From contig NC_083288.1 in assembly GCF_963506605.1 (NCBI RefSeq), forward strand, positions 44,826,001 through 44,890,000: a stretch of 64,000 nt of DNA, read 5' to 3'. The translations under genes and the position numbers were made by a program. The notes beneath the pieces were generated by a model. The model searched no databases. It saw only the letters and a list, made by a program, of their open reading frames with translations, and had not been told where the DNA came from. Below, in pieces: positions 1 to 12,246 of this stretch. How positions within the stretch are numbered: position 1 is the stretch's first letter; every line of letters starts with the position of its first letter. Source of the stretch: Zootoca vivipara. Its lineage: Eukaryota.

Positions 1-803
1 GCCCATCATCTTCAATATCCCATTCTGACAGGTAACCAAGCAGATGCTTCCAGGAAGCCTGCAAGCAGGACTTGAGAATCACAGTGCTCTCCCCACTTGG
101 GATTCCCAGGAACTGGTTTTCAGAGGCAGAATAAAAGCCTGAAAGGAAACGAAGTATGGTCGGGAGATCCAACAATGTTTGAGTTTGGCTGACCCTCTAC
201 TGGTCACCCAGTCTATACCACTTCAGACTGCAGGTCCTCTATAGGGAGAAAGTCCTTGCATGCAGAAAGCTAGCATGTGATGCAGGATATACCTGCAAAA
301 AAAGAAAAGAAAAAGAAAAAGGCTGGTCTGGAAGAGCCTTTCTTTCTATGGGGCGGGCACATTTACAAGTGCCACATTACCAAGTGCCTGTTTCACACTT
401 AATGAAGACTCGATCTTCAGTGTGCCTGTTCTCTGGAACTCCCTGCCACTGGAAATTAGGCAGGCATTTCCTTGGTGCTGTTAATGTTTGCTAAGAATAG
501 GCAAGCCTACACGGGCATGTAATTTTATTATGTGCAGTGCATTTGCTTGAAAAATCTTTTGCATTTATATTTCCGTAATTTTGCTACATCTTTCTGCTTT
601 TACTGCCATTTTTTTAAAAAATGAATATTATATACTATTCTGTGTAGTAAAATGTGTAGCGTTTTTCTTATTTAAAAAAATTAAGCAGTATATGAATCTT
701 ATTAAATGAATAAAAGCTGTGTCTGGAGATGCCAGGAATTGATTGTGGGACCTTCTGAATGCAAAGTAGGTTCTCTGCAGCTGAGTGACAACCTTCCCCC
801 AGC

Positions 804-1121
804 CAGGGGCATAGCAAGGGGGGGTGCGTTGGGGGTGGTCCGCCCCGGGTGCCACCCTGGAGGGGGGGTGACACTCAGCGTGCCCCCCTGCGACTCCCAA
901 GCCGAGCCCCGCTGCTTCGAGGGTGCGGCATCCGTACAGGCTACTGCTCTTGCACGGCGTCCATACGGGATGCCGCTGCGCATGAGAAGCAGCCCGTACG
1001 GATTGTGCATGTGCGGCACCCCATACGGAGTGTGCACGCACGGGATGCTGCACATGCACAGTTTGTATGGGCTGCCGCACAGGCGCCGCACGGGGTACCG
1101 CCTGGGCCTGGTACGCCACTG
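804..1121. mobile_element. Non-autonomous hAT-type MITE
   Basis: Imperfect TIRs caggggcatag / gtacgccactg; 8-bp TSD cccccagc (796-803, 1122-1129); GC-rich interior explains the overlapping spurious ORFs. Confidence 0.85.
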
Positions 1122-1917
1122 CCCCCAGCCAACACTACTTCTCCTATATAGACCTTTAAAGTAACACGGCGAAATCCTTCAGTTGTTTCAGGTGGCTGCA
1201 GGGATTTTGTTAGATTCCCTGCACATTTTCTGTACTGAAATGCACCCCTCTGTACAGCAAGTGGAAGCCCCCCCTCCACAAAATAGTTTGAAATCCAAGC
1301 TAAAGCATGCAAGTCATGGATGCATGTGTAAGTTTATTAAATATGCATTTTGATCATCAACATTTGCAGCTCATGTTACAGGTAAGTAGCCGTGTTGGTC
1401 TGACGTAGTCGAAACAAAATTTAAAAAATTCCTTCCAGTAAAGTGCTACCAGAAGGAATTTTTTAAATTTGCAGCTCATATTTATTTTCATTTGCTCCAT
1501 ACGCAGAATCTAGAGTTTAAGAGTTTGCCAGGGGCCGTGTTGGCGTCGATGGACACTTCGGCATTTAGAAGCTCTGACCCATAGGCTCTTGAAACGTAGC
1601 AGTGAACAGCAAGTGCTCACCCAGGAACATCATAAGGATAAGTCTTTTGTGAGTGCAGGAGTGCAAAATTTGATCGGGGGATCAGGAAACTGTCTTAACT
1701 CATGTACTGTCCCCCAAGTTGAAAATCTCTTAGTGCCAGGTTCTCTTCTATGTTCCAAACCTCACATTTTCACGGTGAACCCATGGAAGATGTGCAGTGC
1801 TTGAGATCCATAGGGTTCCATGCTCGCTTGCCCGATTTCACCCTGGCTGTGGTGACGTTTCACCTGGGCCCTTCTCCCCACCTTCCCTCTGCACCTCCTC
1901 ATAGTACAGTCGGACCC

Positions 1918-2889
1918 TCACTTTTTCTCCACCGTCACCTTCCTGCCAAACAGTTTGTTGAGCGCCTGCTTCATATCCTCATTCCTCAGCGTGTAGATGA
2001 TGGGGTTCAGCAGAGGGGTGACAGCAGTGAAGAAGACCGAGACCACCTTGTCCTCCGAGAAGCTGGTGGAGGGACGGGAATAAATGAAGATGCAGTGCCC
2101 CAGGAAGAGGGTCACCACCGTGAGGTGAGCCGCGCATGTGGAGAGTGCCTTGCGCCGGCCTTCCACAAAACGTTTGCGGAGGGAGACCAGGATGATGCCG
2201 TAGGAGACCACCAGGACCACGAAGCAGACCACGGAGATCAGCCCCGAGTTGGAAACAATGAGGATCTCAATGACGTAGGTGTCTGTGCATGCCAGCCTGA
2301 TGACCGGGGGGACGTCACAGAAGAAGTTGTCGACCTTCTGGGGCCCACAGTACGGTAGCTTGATGGTCATGCCAATCAAGGCAAGAGAGTGCACCGTGCC
2401 GCCCAGCCAGATCGTGCCGGCCAGCAGGAGGCAGACCTTGTGGTTCATGATGGTGAGGTAATGCAACGGGTTGCAGATGGCCACATAGCGGTCATAGGCC
2501 ATGACGGTGAGGAGGAAGATCTCAGTGCAGGCAAAGAGGTGGAGGAAGAACATCTGGGCCACACAGCCCCCAAAGGAGATGGTCTTTGCAGCCGAGAGGA
2601 AGTCGGCCAGCATCTTGGGCACAGTGACTGTGGCGTGGCAGACATCGATGAAGGAGAGGTTGCTCAGGAAGAAGTACATGGGAGTGTGCAGCCCCTGGTT
2701 GTGGATGATGGTGACCACAATGAGAATATTGCCAGCCAAGGTGAGCAGGTAGACCACCAGGAAGACCACAAAGAGCACCAGCTGCGTCCCAGGGTCGTTG
2801 GACAGCCCCACGAGGATGAACTCGGTCACCGAGGTCTGGTTTGGGGCTACCACAGTCCAGTTTGGAACCACGCGTTCTTCCATTTCCAT
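1918..2889 (-). CDS. OR4E1: Olfactory receptor, OR4E1-like (MOR28/MOR10 group), intact, 323 aa
   Basis: OR motifs NQT, GN, LHTPMYFFLSNLS, MAYDRYVAIC, KALSTCAAHL, PLLNPIIYTLRN; stretches IEILIVSNSGLISVVCFVVLVVSY and LFLGHCIFIYSRPSTS match OR4E1 as recalled; acceptor ctttttctag just before ATG at 2889. Confidence 0.93.
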   Translation of the reverse strand: MEMEERVVPNWTVVAPNQTSVTEFILVGLSNDPGTQLVLFVVFLVVYLLTLAGNILIVVTIIHNQGLHTPMYFFLSNLSFIDVCHATVTVPKMLADFLSAAKTISFGGCVAQMFFLHLFACTEIFLLTVMAYDRYVAICNPLHYLTIMNHKVCLLLAGTIWLGGTVHSLALIGMTIKLPYCGPQKVDNFFCDVPPVIRLACTDTYVIEILIVSNSGLISVVCFVVLVVSYGIILVSLRKRFVEGRRKALSTCAAHLTVVTLFLGHCIFIYSRPSTSFSEDKVVSVFFTAVTPLLNPIIYTLRNEDMKQALNKLFGRKVTVEKK

Positions 2890-4381
2890 TCTAGAAAAAG
2901 GGAAAAAGCAGACGAACATTTTGAGTGACCTAGAAGGTCCTGTATTTATTATTTCATAAACTCTACATACCACTTGATTGAAAACAGAAACCCCCAGAGC
3001 TGTTTACAGAAAGAATGGGCCGAAGATTTATACAAACTCGCAACATATGAACAACTTCATATAAACACAGACTTGTCATGGACAAATTCAATGATATTTG
3101 GAAACCATTCTTACAAATACTGTAACAGGTTAAGATCTGGTAAAGTACAATAGCAACTTTGTAAAGTATACAGTTTGGGGTTTTCCCCTCCCCCCTTTAT
3201 TTCTCCCTGTTACTTTCTTTGCGCGCTCTCTCTCTCTCTCTTATTTACATCTCACCATGTTTAGTGTATATATAATTATGTATTTTTTGAACTTTCAATA
3301 AAGATGTCGAGAAAAAGAATGGCACAATAAAATCCTCAGCAAAAACAGTTATTTAAGACATTAAAAAAATAAAAATAAAACCAATGATAAAAACCAGATT
3401 AATACTCATATCAACCTTCTACATATCTGGGTAGACTGGCTTGAACAAATATGTGTTTTGCACTGGGAGAAAAAGAGTACAGTGAAGCTGCTGGTTTGAT
3501 GTCAATAGGAAGGCAATTTCAAAGTGTGGGTTCTGCCACACGGAAAGATAGATTTCTTACAAAATTGGGAGGGGTTTCAAATCCACAGTTCAGAACAGCA
3601 ATGACTCAGTCACAGATTCATAAGCTTCTAAAGGCACATAAGGACATAAGAAGGGCCCAACGTTGTTTTCCACAGTGGCCAATGAGATGCCTCTGGGAAG
3701 CTCACAAAGAGGGCCATTCCTACTACTGGCTCCCTAGAAATTCGCCTCCAATGGCACAATTGCTTTTGACCATGGAGGTTCTATATAGCTATCATGGCCA
3801 GTGTGTGTGTTTGTGTGTGTGTAGGGGTTATTGGGTTGTTTTTGATCGCTGTATCATTCTGTGTATAACATGCCCCCGTGCATAAGACGCCCCCTATTTT
3901 AGGGGACTCAAAATTAAGAAAATGGGGGTAGATTGCTCAGAGTTTTTGAGCAATTTTGCGGAGGATTGGCCAAAGTTGTGGAGCTTTTTTTGCGGGTGGT
4001 AATCACTCACCCAACTGGCCAACGCTGCCAATTCCAAATGTCACAGAAGCCTAAAATCGTCTGCCCAATCGGTGACATCAACTGCCAATCGCCCCACCCA
4101 ATTGCCGAGACAACAGCCAATCAGCAGCAGCCCTTGCCACAGCCACCAATCAAATCACCAGAACAATTGCCATTGACAATCTCCAACTCGCGGCAGCAAG
4201 CAATCACCCATCCCAATTCTGAACTACCCATGGATAAGACGACCCCAAATTTTGGACATGATTTTAACTGGAAAAAAAACCTCGTCTAATACACGGAAAA
4301 GTACGGTATGTATTTTGTGTTTTTATATTGAGATTTTATTTTGTGAACTGCCCTGAGACTTGTGGGTACGGGGCGTATACA

Positions 4382-4421
<40 letters not shown>

Positions 4422-4929
4422 TGCATTATCATTTAAAGTACTGTAGCTTCACACCATGCTTTCAAGCAAGTCATGGCTTCCCATAAAGAATCCGGGGAAC
4501 TGTAGTTTGTAAAGGGCGCTGAGCGTTATTGGGAGGTCCCTATTCCCATCACACAGCTGCAATTCTCAGAATTCCCGCGCCGAGACTTCAAACAAGAGGC
4601 AGGATCCGACTTGAAGGGGACATCCTACCCTGACAAAATCACTCAGGTTGGCTCCAGAGGAAGGGCTAGGAATGGGTTTGGTTGGGGAAGGGTGCATGAC
4701 CCATGGAAAACCCTGAGGGCCACACAGAGAGGCTTGGAGGGCCACCTTCAGCCACCAGCCCTGAGGTTCCGCACCACAACCCGCCTCTTCTGTTGTCTCT
4801 TCTGACCAGCAGTGGCTCTTCAGGGCTTCAAACCAGCATACTTTCCCAGCCCTTCCTGGAGATGCCTGGGATTGAATCTGGAACCTTCTGCATGCAAATA
4901 TATATATTCTTTGGCACTGTGGTGCTGAA

Positions 4930-5597
4930 CAGGGTGGATTTGATTTAAATAAAATCGATTTAAGTCATGATTTAAATCACTAGACAGTAAGACTTGATTA
5001 TTATTTTTTAACAGAAAGACTGATTCTTGCTGCTGTAATCTTAATATTTACAACCAGATGAAGGTTTCATTTTCAGAATAATAATTTTTCAGAGTAGTTT
5101 TTACAGTTATATCAAAAATTACTAATTTGGTTATACAGTGGTAACTCTACTTACATTCACCTCTGGTTACATAACCTTCGGGATACGTATGTGGCAAACC
5201 CAGAAGTATTTTTCCGGGTTTTACTGCATGCGCAGAAGCGCTCTACGCACCGCACACATGTGCAGAAGCGGCACCTCCGGAGACGCACACCTAGGAATCC
5301 GACCAGAGCTCCGGAACAGATCCTGTGCGCAACCAGAGGTACCACTGTACTATTAGAAATACAGAGACAGATAATTATGAATTTTTTGTGGGGTTTAATA
5401 AGTTAACTGTTTATATTTGGACAATCTTTCTGCTGTACTTTATTGGAAGGGGGAAAATAATCATTTTCGCAATGTTAATGGAGAAATCTGAGGGCAGATT
5501 TATCTGTTAATAGAAATAACAATTTTAAAAAATTATTTTACTAAAACAGTAACATTATAGCATATGTATCCATGTTTGTTAACTGATGTGGTTAAAC

Positions 5598-5655
<58 letters not shown>

Positions 5656-5907
5656 TTAGACTGAGTTTTAGCACACATGAAAAACTTAAAACAAATCCTT
5701 ATTTCCTGATAAATCATTTGGACTATAATGTAACTTACATAGAAAACTATCTTTAGAAAGTTTTTTTCATCCAAAGCATTTTATTTTTAAAATCCAATTT
5801 AAATTTTAAAAAATCCAATTTTTAAAAAAACAAAATCCGATTTAAATTATTAAAATCCGATTTTTATTTTTTATTTTTTTAAAAAACATTGATTTTTATC
5901 CACCCTG
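4930..5907. mobile_element. Non-autonomous hAT DNA transposon with nested MITE and (TA)n
   Basis: TIRs cagggtggat / atccaccctg; 8-bp TSD gtgctgaa (4922-4929, 5908-5915). Confidence 0.85.
5136..5347. mobile_element. Tc1/mariner (pogo/Tigger-like) MITE nested in the hAT element
   Basis: TIRs cagtggta / taccactg with TA TSD; related copies at 17191-17397 and 44279-44549. Confidence 0.8.
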
Positions 5908-6095
5908 GTGCTGAATAATCCAGGAGCCTGTTCTGCCTCTCCATGTGGGTCAGATCCTCGGCACAATGATCTTTCCTATCCACCCATGTATTTTGCCCCC
6001 TATACACACATACTACCAACTGTCAGTCACCCATATATGTGACATCTCACCCTCAGGATTGTGGGTGCCCACTGCCACAATGTGGACATGTGATG

Positions 6096-6129
<34 letters not shown>

Positions 6130-6684
6130 CACACACACACACACACACCCTTCCTTCACATCTGAGTCCCCTTCCTAATAGCTCTCAGCAGCTCTTAACA
6201 AACTACAGTTCCTTCCCGGGATTCTTTGGGAGAATCCGCCTCCTTTGAGAGAGGAGAAGAAGGATTGTAAAGAGTGATAAAGAAATAAGGCAATGCAGCC
6301 AGATTGCATTCAAATGAAATACAGATAATTGTTCCTATAGCTTCACTATGGTAACCATACAGGGGCCAAAGTACACCTTAATTTAGAAGTGGTAAAGGAA
6401 GGATGGGGGAGAGATTTGATTCAGGCCACATTTAAAGATGAACCTATTAACTTCGCTCTTTCTGAAACAATATAAGCATCGACACACAGCCATCCATCAA
6501 AATCCACACTTATCTAAATCATGCAGTGGAGGTTTATAAAATGCATATATTAGGGGAATGAACATAACAGTGGAAATGGCATACAAAAATGCATTACGTT
6601 AGGAGCAAGTGCTCGCAAAAATGTTTACTCTTGTCAAAACTGCATACAAAATCTGTTTTTAGGAGAAATTCACACTGTTTAGCC

Positions 6685-7058
6685 CAGTGTTTCTCAACCT
6701 TTTTTGGGCCACGGCACACTTGTTCCGTGAAAAAAATCACGAGGCACACCACCATTAAAAAAGTTAAAAAATTTAACTCTGTGCCGCCCTATATTATAAT
6801 TATGACTGTAAGAAACACTTGCCAAATATTGCTTTCCGGCGGGTTAGTGATGTGTATTGGCGGCCGCCAGGCTCGTTTGCACTGAGCTTTGGGAAAGAGG
6901 AGGAGAAATATTGCTTTCCGGTGGGTCAGCGCTGAATATTGGCGGCCGCCAGGCACGTGACAATGCAAATCGCCCTTCCAGTCGCCGCACGTTGCGGCAC
7001 ATCAGCCAGCGTCTCGCGGCACACTAGTGTGCCGCGGAACAGTGGTTGAGAAACGCTG
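6685..7058. mobile_element. hAT (Charlie-like) MITE
   Basis: TIRs cagtgtttctcaacc / ggttgagaaacgctg; 8-bp TSD gtttagcc. Confidence 0.85.
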
Positions 7059-7198
7059 GTTTAGCCCTTGCCATCTTTGAGATTTCCCTTATCAAAGACA
7101 CACACACACACACACACAAAACTGCTGTTAATTTTGCTGGAGAAAAATGAATCCAGATCCCCCCCCCTACATTGGGGCAAATGCAATTGGAGCTTTGG

Positions 7199-7272
<74 letters not shown>
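7199..7272. repeat. Compound (GT)n(GA)n microsatellite
   Basis: Read directly. Confidence 0.95.
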
Positions 7273-7274
<2 letters not shown>

Positions 7275-9788
7275 TTTTGATCAGAAAAACTGCTTTGGGG
7301 AGAATTAAACACCTCATTTCCCAACACCACTCCCTGATCTGAATTGCCTTCTCACCCACACCCCTGCTTTTAAGATTTTATCTTAAGATTTATATTAAAA
7401 GAAGAAGCAGCAGCAGAAGAGGAGCAGGAGGAGCTGACAAGAAGTCTTGTTTCAAACCACTAATGAAGTTATTTTAGCATCAACCAACCCCTAAATCTTT
7501 TCAAGTGATCCATGCTTTCAAATGATAAATAAAAAAAAAGACCTGCAAGGTTGCTGTAACCTCAGGAATGTAGCAGCCGTTCTCCACTGTTGTCTTCTGA
7601 AAAGTTTAAGAACCAGGTTGCCTCTCTCAGGATATATAACCTTCTGCTGTTTTGCATCAATCCAGGCTCTTGCCAATTTCACTTTGTTGCAAATCTTCAG
7701 CAAGTCAGCCCCGCAGAGATCAGAACTCCTGACATGGCACCACAAGGGAGATAGTTAGGATGCCCAAAACTTCCAGGATGCTGTTGAACATTTGTACAGC
7801 ATCACTGTTCTCTGCAAGGGGTAGAAAAAAACAACAACTTTCTTCTTTAATTTGGATTCTCTGCTGTTCTGATCCAATGTGATGTGCTTTTGTGCTGCCC
7901 GGTGAGATGAGATATGAAGGAGTCCTTGAATAGTGGTGGCGAGGAGGAGGCCTGACTCCCCCCAATTTCAACCTAATCATGCCCCTCCCTGAGATGTGGA
8001 ACCTCTGGCCCTGCAGTTGTTGCTGGACTACAACTCCCATCATCCCCTGCTATTCTGCTTGGGACTGATGGGCGTTTGAGTTCAGTGTCATCTGGAGAAC
8101 TAGAGGGGTCCAGGGCAGCCTCATACAAAGTGCGTCAGGGGTGGCACCTCACTCTCAGGCTGTGGGTGCCCATTGCCACAACACAGACATGTGATGTCAC
8201 TGTTGGGATATTCCATTCCACGTTAAGAGCAGGCGTGGGACTGTTGCGTGTCCACATATCTGTGTAACACACCAGCTTTGCATGCTGGGAACTGTGTACA
8301 GTATAGCTTTCTGTTTTGCTTTGAACACTTAGGAATGATGTTGCCGGAAACCTCAGGTGGGGAGAGGGATATTGTGCTTGGGTACTGCTTGAGGATTCCC
8401 ACAGGCATCTGGTCGGCCACAGTGAGAACAGGATGCTGGACTAGATGGCTGATCCAGCAGGTCCTTCTTATGTTTTTAAAGAAGGAAGACGTGTGTAGAG
8501 AGAGGAGGTGTTTATATTCACCCCCAACATCTGTTTTGAATTTTCGGTAAGCTTGTAGAATGACAAAAGTGACCACTAGGGGTCAGAAAACAACCAGGAA
8601 TGGTCGATGCCTTTTAAAATTTTGTGATAAGGAAGGATAAAATTCTGGGGAAAAAGGAGGAGGAAGAGGAGATGAAGGTGTGATTGAAACAGAATGAGAG
8701 GCTTCTGATCTCATTACAGGGCCTGCCAGTGTCCCGACATCAAATTACATCATGGACATCAGCCCATGACAATGAGAAATGTAAGTCTTCTTCATGTTTC
8801 ATGTAGATATTTCTGATGATAACTTCCCTGGCCATTCTCTGTCTCACACATTGGACCTAGAAGAGCAAGAGGTTGTGTTATCAGCAAGTTACAGCAACTG
8901 AAGGCACAGGCACCCCCTTTAATGCTCAGTGTGGGTTGAAAAGGTTGCTCTCCTCCCTTCACCCCAGCTTAAAACATGGGCCTCCTTTTTAATTTTTTAC
9001 CCTTTTCATCCTTTTCATTCCCTCATTCCAAGGAATTCTGCCACTAGCCATTGTTAAACCTATTGTTCTAAACATACAGAGGCCAATTCCGCTCAGGATG
9101 AGACTCATTTGGAGACCCCGATTCACCTCACGGAGCTCCAGTTCCCAGAATTCCCTGGGAAGAGGGATTGATTGTTAAACCACTCTTAGCACCCTTAACA
9201 AAGCCCAGCACCCAGGAATCTTTGGGGGATGCCGTGCCCATTTAAAGTGATATGATATTGCTTTAAATGTGTGGTGAAGAGGGGGCCAACTTCTACTTTT
9301 CCTGACTTTAAAGGGACAGTGTTTCCTTTTCCACATGTTCTTCCACATGTTAGACACTGAAGCAGGGTGCTCCCTATGCACAAGGGGCTACAAATATCAT
9401 AGGAGCAGTGCTATTAGGGGTGTGGGATTGTTTAACCCTTTCATCCGTACTGTTTCCCTGGTTTAAATTACACCCCCCCACACACAGCTGCTATATAAGA
9501 AAACTACAACAGATTCCACAATTGGTCATGTGTTGTATATAGAATGTTCTGGATCATTCCTATTTTCAGCTTTAAGAAGAGGAAATAGGGTGAAAGCAAA
9601 GCATCGTTTTGTGGTGGTGGTTTGTGGTGTGCTGAGATCAGCAGGCTTTTCAGAGCGATGCAGGAAACTCCCTTTCTGTCATTCGTAATGTGGTGATCTT
9701 TTGACAGAAGGACCTGTTAAGAGCTAGGGGTGGCCAGACACCCTCCTCATTTCAGCGGTACAGCTACTCTTCAGCCTTGAGCCGAAAG

Positions 9789-9816
9789 ATGTTCCTGGCG
9801 CTGCTCTTCACAATTG
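9789..9816 (+). CDS. TRAV: TCR V gene leader exon (L-PART1)
   Basis: ATG TTC CTG GCG CTG CTC TTC ACA ATT G|gtgag; phase-1 donor splices in frame to 10852, giving signal peptide MFLALLFTIVAQCFG. Confidence 0.8.
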
Positions 9817-10239
9817 GTGAGCCTGCTATTTGCTCTTAAAGTCTAGTTCATCGTGTGAACTGTTGTTTGTTAAGGATGTTGAGAGTCATTAGGAGACCCC
9901 TATTCCCCTCAGAGACACAATTACTACAATGGTTTAACCATCAATCCTCTTTCACAGGGAAGTCTGGGAATTGTAGTTCCGTGAGGTGAACAGGGAGCTA
10001 CCCATCAACATTCAGCATCCGTAACAAATTACAGTGCCCAGATTTCTTCAGCGGAAGCCATGACTGTTTAAAGTGCTATCACTGTACGGTGTGGCCCAAG
10101 TCAAACCGTATGTCCATCTTGCCTCGGACTAGGCAATGTGCTGCCCTCCAGAAATGGTTGGTCCTCAACTCCCATCATTTCTGATCAGGCAGAGGGCCTT
10201 CTTGGTAGTGGCGCCCACCCCATGGAATGCCCTCCCATC

Positions 10240-10328
10240 CATAGCTGCCAAGTTTTCCCTTTTCTCGCGAGGAAGCCTATTCAGCATAATGGAATTTCCC
10301 TTAAAAAAGGGATAACTTGGCAGCTATG
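10240..10328. mobile_element. Short hAT MITE in the TCR V intron, nested in a LINE 3' remnant
   Basis: TIRs catagctgccaagtt / aacttggcagctatg; 8-bp TSD ctcccatc. Confidence 0.85.
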
Positions 10329-10851
10329 CTCCCATCAGATGTCAAGGAGATAAGTAGCTACACAACCTTTAGAAGACATCTGAAGGCAGCCCTGTATTGG
10401 GAGGTTTTTAATGTTTAATGTTTTATTATGTTTTTGTATATGCTGGGAGTTGCTCAGAGTGGCTGGGGCAACCCAGTCAGATGGGCAGAGTACAAATAAT
10501 ACAATTATTATTATTATTATTATTATTATTATTGGTCATGATGGCTGGGGCTGATGGGAGTTGTGGTCCAGGAACAACTCTGGGGGGTGCCATGTAAGCT
10601 AAGCCTGATCTAGTCCAATAATCTGAACAGCAGTAGCTTTCCAGGGTCTTAGACAGAGATTGTTCCAATCCATCTAGCTCCTTATTGTCTACATCAACTG
10701 GTAGAGGCTCCCCAGGATTTCAGACAGTGTCTCTCCCAGTCCTACCTGTAGATGCTGTGAGAGATTGAACCTGGGACCTTCTGCACCACCAGTGAATTAC
10801 AGCCCTTCCTTCAGCGTCGTCTTCCTATAATCACCGCCTCTTTCCACACAG

Positions 10852-11146
10852 TGGCTCAGTGCTTTGGCTTTGGCCAAGTCATGCAACCTGAGAAAGTCTT
10901 CTCCTTGGAAGGAAGCAAGATCCTGATTGACTGTGCTCAAAACCTTAGTGCGTCCCACGACACGATGTATTGGTACAAGCAGGCTGGGAGCACAATGTCC
11001 TACTTGGGACACAGCTATGAGGGAAAGTCTGTTGCAGCTGCCGAGGAGTTCACGCTAGACGTGATCAAAGAATCTCGCCGCACCACGCTGAAAAAAGATG
11101 TGGCAAGACTGAGCGACACTGCTGTATACTTCTGTGCCATGAGTGA
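10852..11146 (+). CDS. TRAV: T-cell receptor variable exon, TRAV-type (Ig V-set), open frame
   Basis: Acceptor tttccacacag; QVMQP...IDC...WYKQ...LSDTAVYFCAMS with conserved Cys23/Trp41/Cys104; followed directly by a 23-RSS. Confidence 0.9.
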
Positions 11147-11185
11147 CACAGTGGAAGGAAGCCAGGCGCCATCTGCACAAAAGCT
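11147..11185 (+). other. V(D)J recombination signal sequence, 23-bp spacer
   Basis: Heptamer CACAGTG 11147-11153, spacer 11154-11176 (23 nt), nonamer ACAAAAGCT 11177-11185. Confidence 0.93.
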
Positions 11186-12070
11186 ACCAGCCTGCTCAGT
11201 GTTGCTCTTGGAGCAGAATCTCAGCACAGTGCCCTGCCGTGGATACCACTGACAAGATCCTAGAGTTGGAAGGGCCCTCAAAGGTCTTCCAGTCCACCCT
11301 CCTGTCAGTAAACAGCAGCTACAGCATCCCTGATAGGCGGCCAGTCAACTTCTAATGGAAAAGAGTCCATCCTTTCCTAGACACTCTGATCCACTGTCAA
11401 ACAGAAGGATGTAAGAAGAGGTTGCTGGGTCAGATGAAAGGTCTGTCTGGTCCAGCATTCTGGGTTCCATCCAATGCTTACTTCAGCGTAGACCCACTGA
11501 AGTTAATGAACATGACTTTTTGGACTACTTAAAGAAAGGCTACTGTATGACGAACTCGCGAGCAGGATTTGAGCCATGAGCAACGTAAGTAATTAGATTA
11601 TAATATTGAGGTTACGATTTAATAGATGGAAGATAGGGCAGAGCATGGAAAACAGGGCGGGAGTCATCAAAAATAAGAAAAAAAGATGTAATGGTGTTTT
11701 GATTGTATATGCTAAAAATGTTGAAAATTAATAAAATATAATTGGGGGAAAAACGAAGTTAATGAACATGACTAAGTCCGTGAATAAGACTTAGTTGGAT
11801 AGAAGCCTTTGTTCCCACAGTCCAAGGGTAACCAATGAAGGGCACACCAGATGCCCTTGAACTGCAGCTTCCATCTGGTCTGGCGTCCTATTCTCACAAT
11901 GGCCAACCAGATGCCTATGGGAAGCTTGCAAGGAGGGCATGAGTTTGGCCGTGCTCTCCGCACTACTGATTACAAGCAACAGGTTTTCAGAGGCAGACTG
12001 CCTGTGACATTGGAGGGAGAACCTAGCCATTGTGGTCTTTGTGCATCCTTCACAACCTTTGCTTTCCTAA

Positions 12071-12246
12071 GGTAAAGGTAAAGGGACCCCTGACCATTAG
12101 GTCCAGTCGTGACCGACTCTGGGGTTGCGCGCTCATCTCGCATTATTGGCCGAGGGAGCCGGCGTATAGCTTCCAGGTCATGTGGCCATCATGACAAAGC
12201 TGCTTCTGGCAAACCAGAGCAGCACATGGAAACGCCGTTTACCTTC
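12071..12246 (-). mobile_element. Sauria SINE 3' part
   Basis: ggtaaaggtaaagggacccctgaccattaggtccagtcgtgacc, the reverse complement of the Sauria SINE tail. Confidence 0.85.

Noticed and set aside
628-1312. Several overlapping 100-160 aa ORFs (also 16041-16698, 17961-18385, 23773-24604)
   Set aside because: Products of GC-rich MITE interiors; no recognisable domains
1750-2928. Long antisense ORFs over OR genes (also 30267-30881) and over pol (36110-36946, 39233-39970)
   Set aside because: Shadow frames expected from GC3-rich codon usage
6753-6765. cattaaaaaagtt, near the reverse complement of the H 13-mer; similar aacttttaatgag at about 57214
   Set aside because: Imperfect and located inside a hAT MITE and the Copia gag ORF respectively
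8720-8786. Possible small exon (ttacag|...aaat|gtaagt) upstream of the TCR leader; similar donors at 12542 and 12727
   Set aside because: Cannot be assigned to a gene without transcript data
11225-11260. Second CACAGTG plus nonamer-like ACAAGATCC downstream of the V; another CACAGTG at the V acceptor (10847-10853)
   Set aside because: Spacer is 20 nt (not 12 or 23) for the first, and the second has no nonamer
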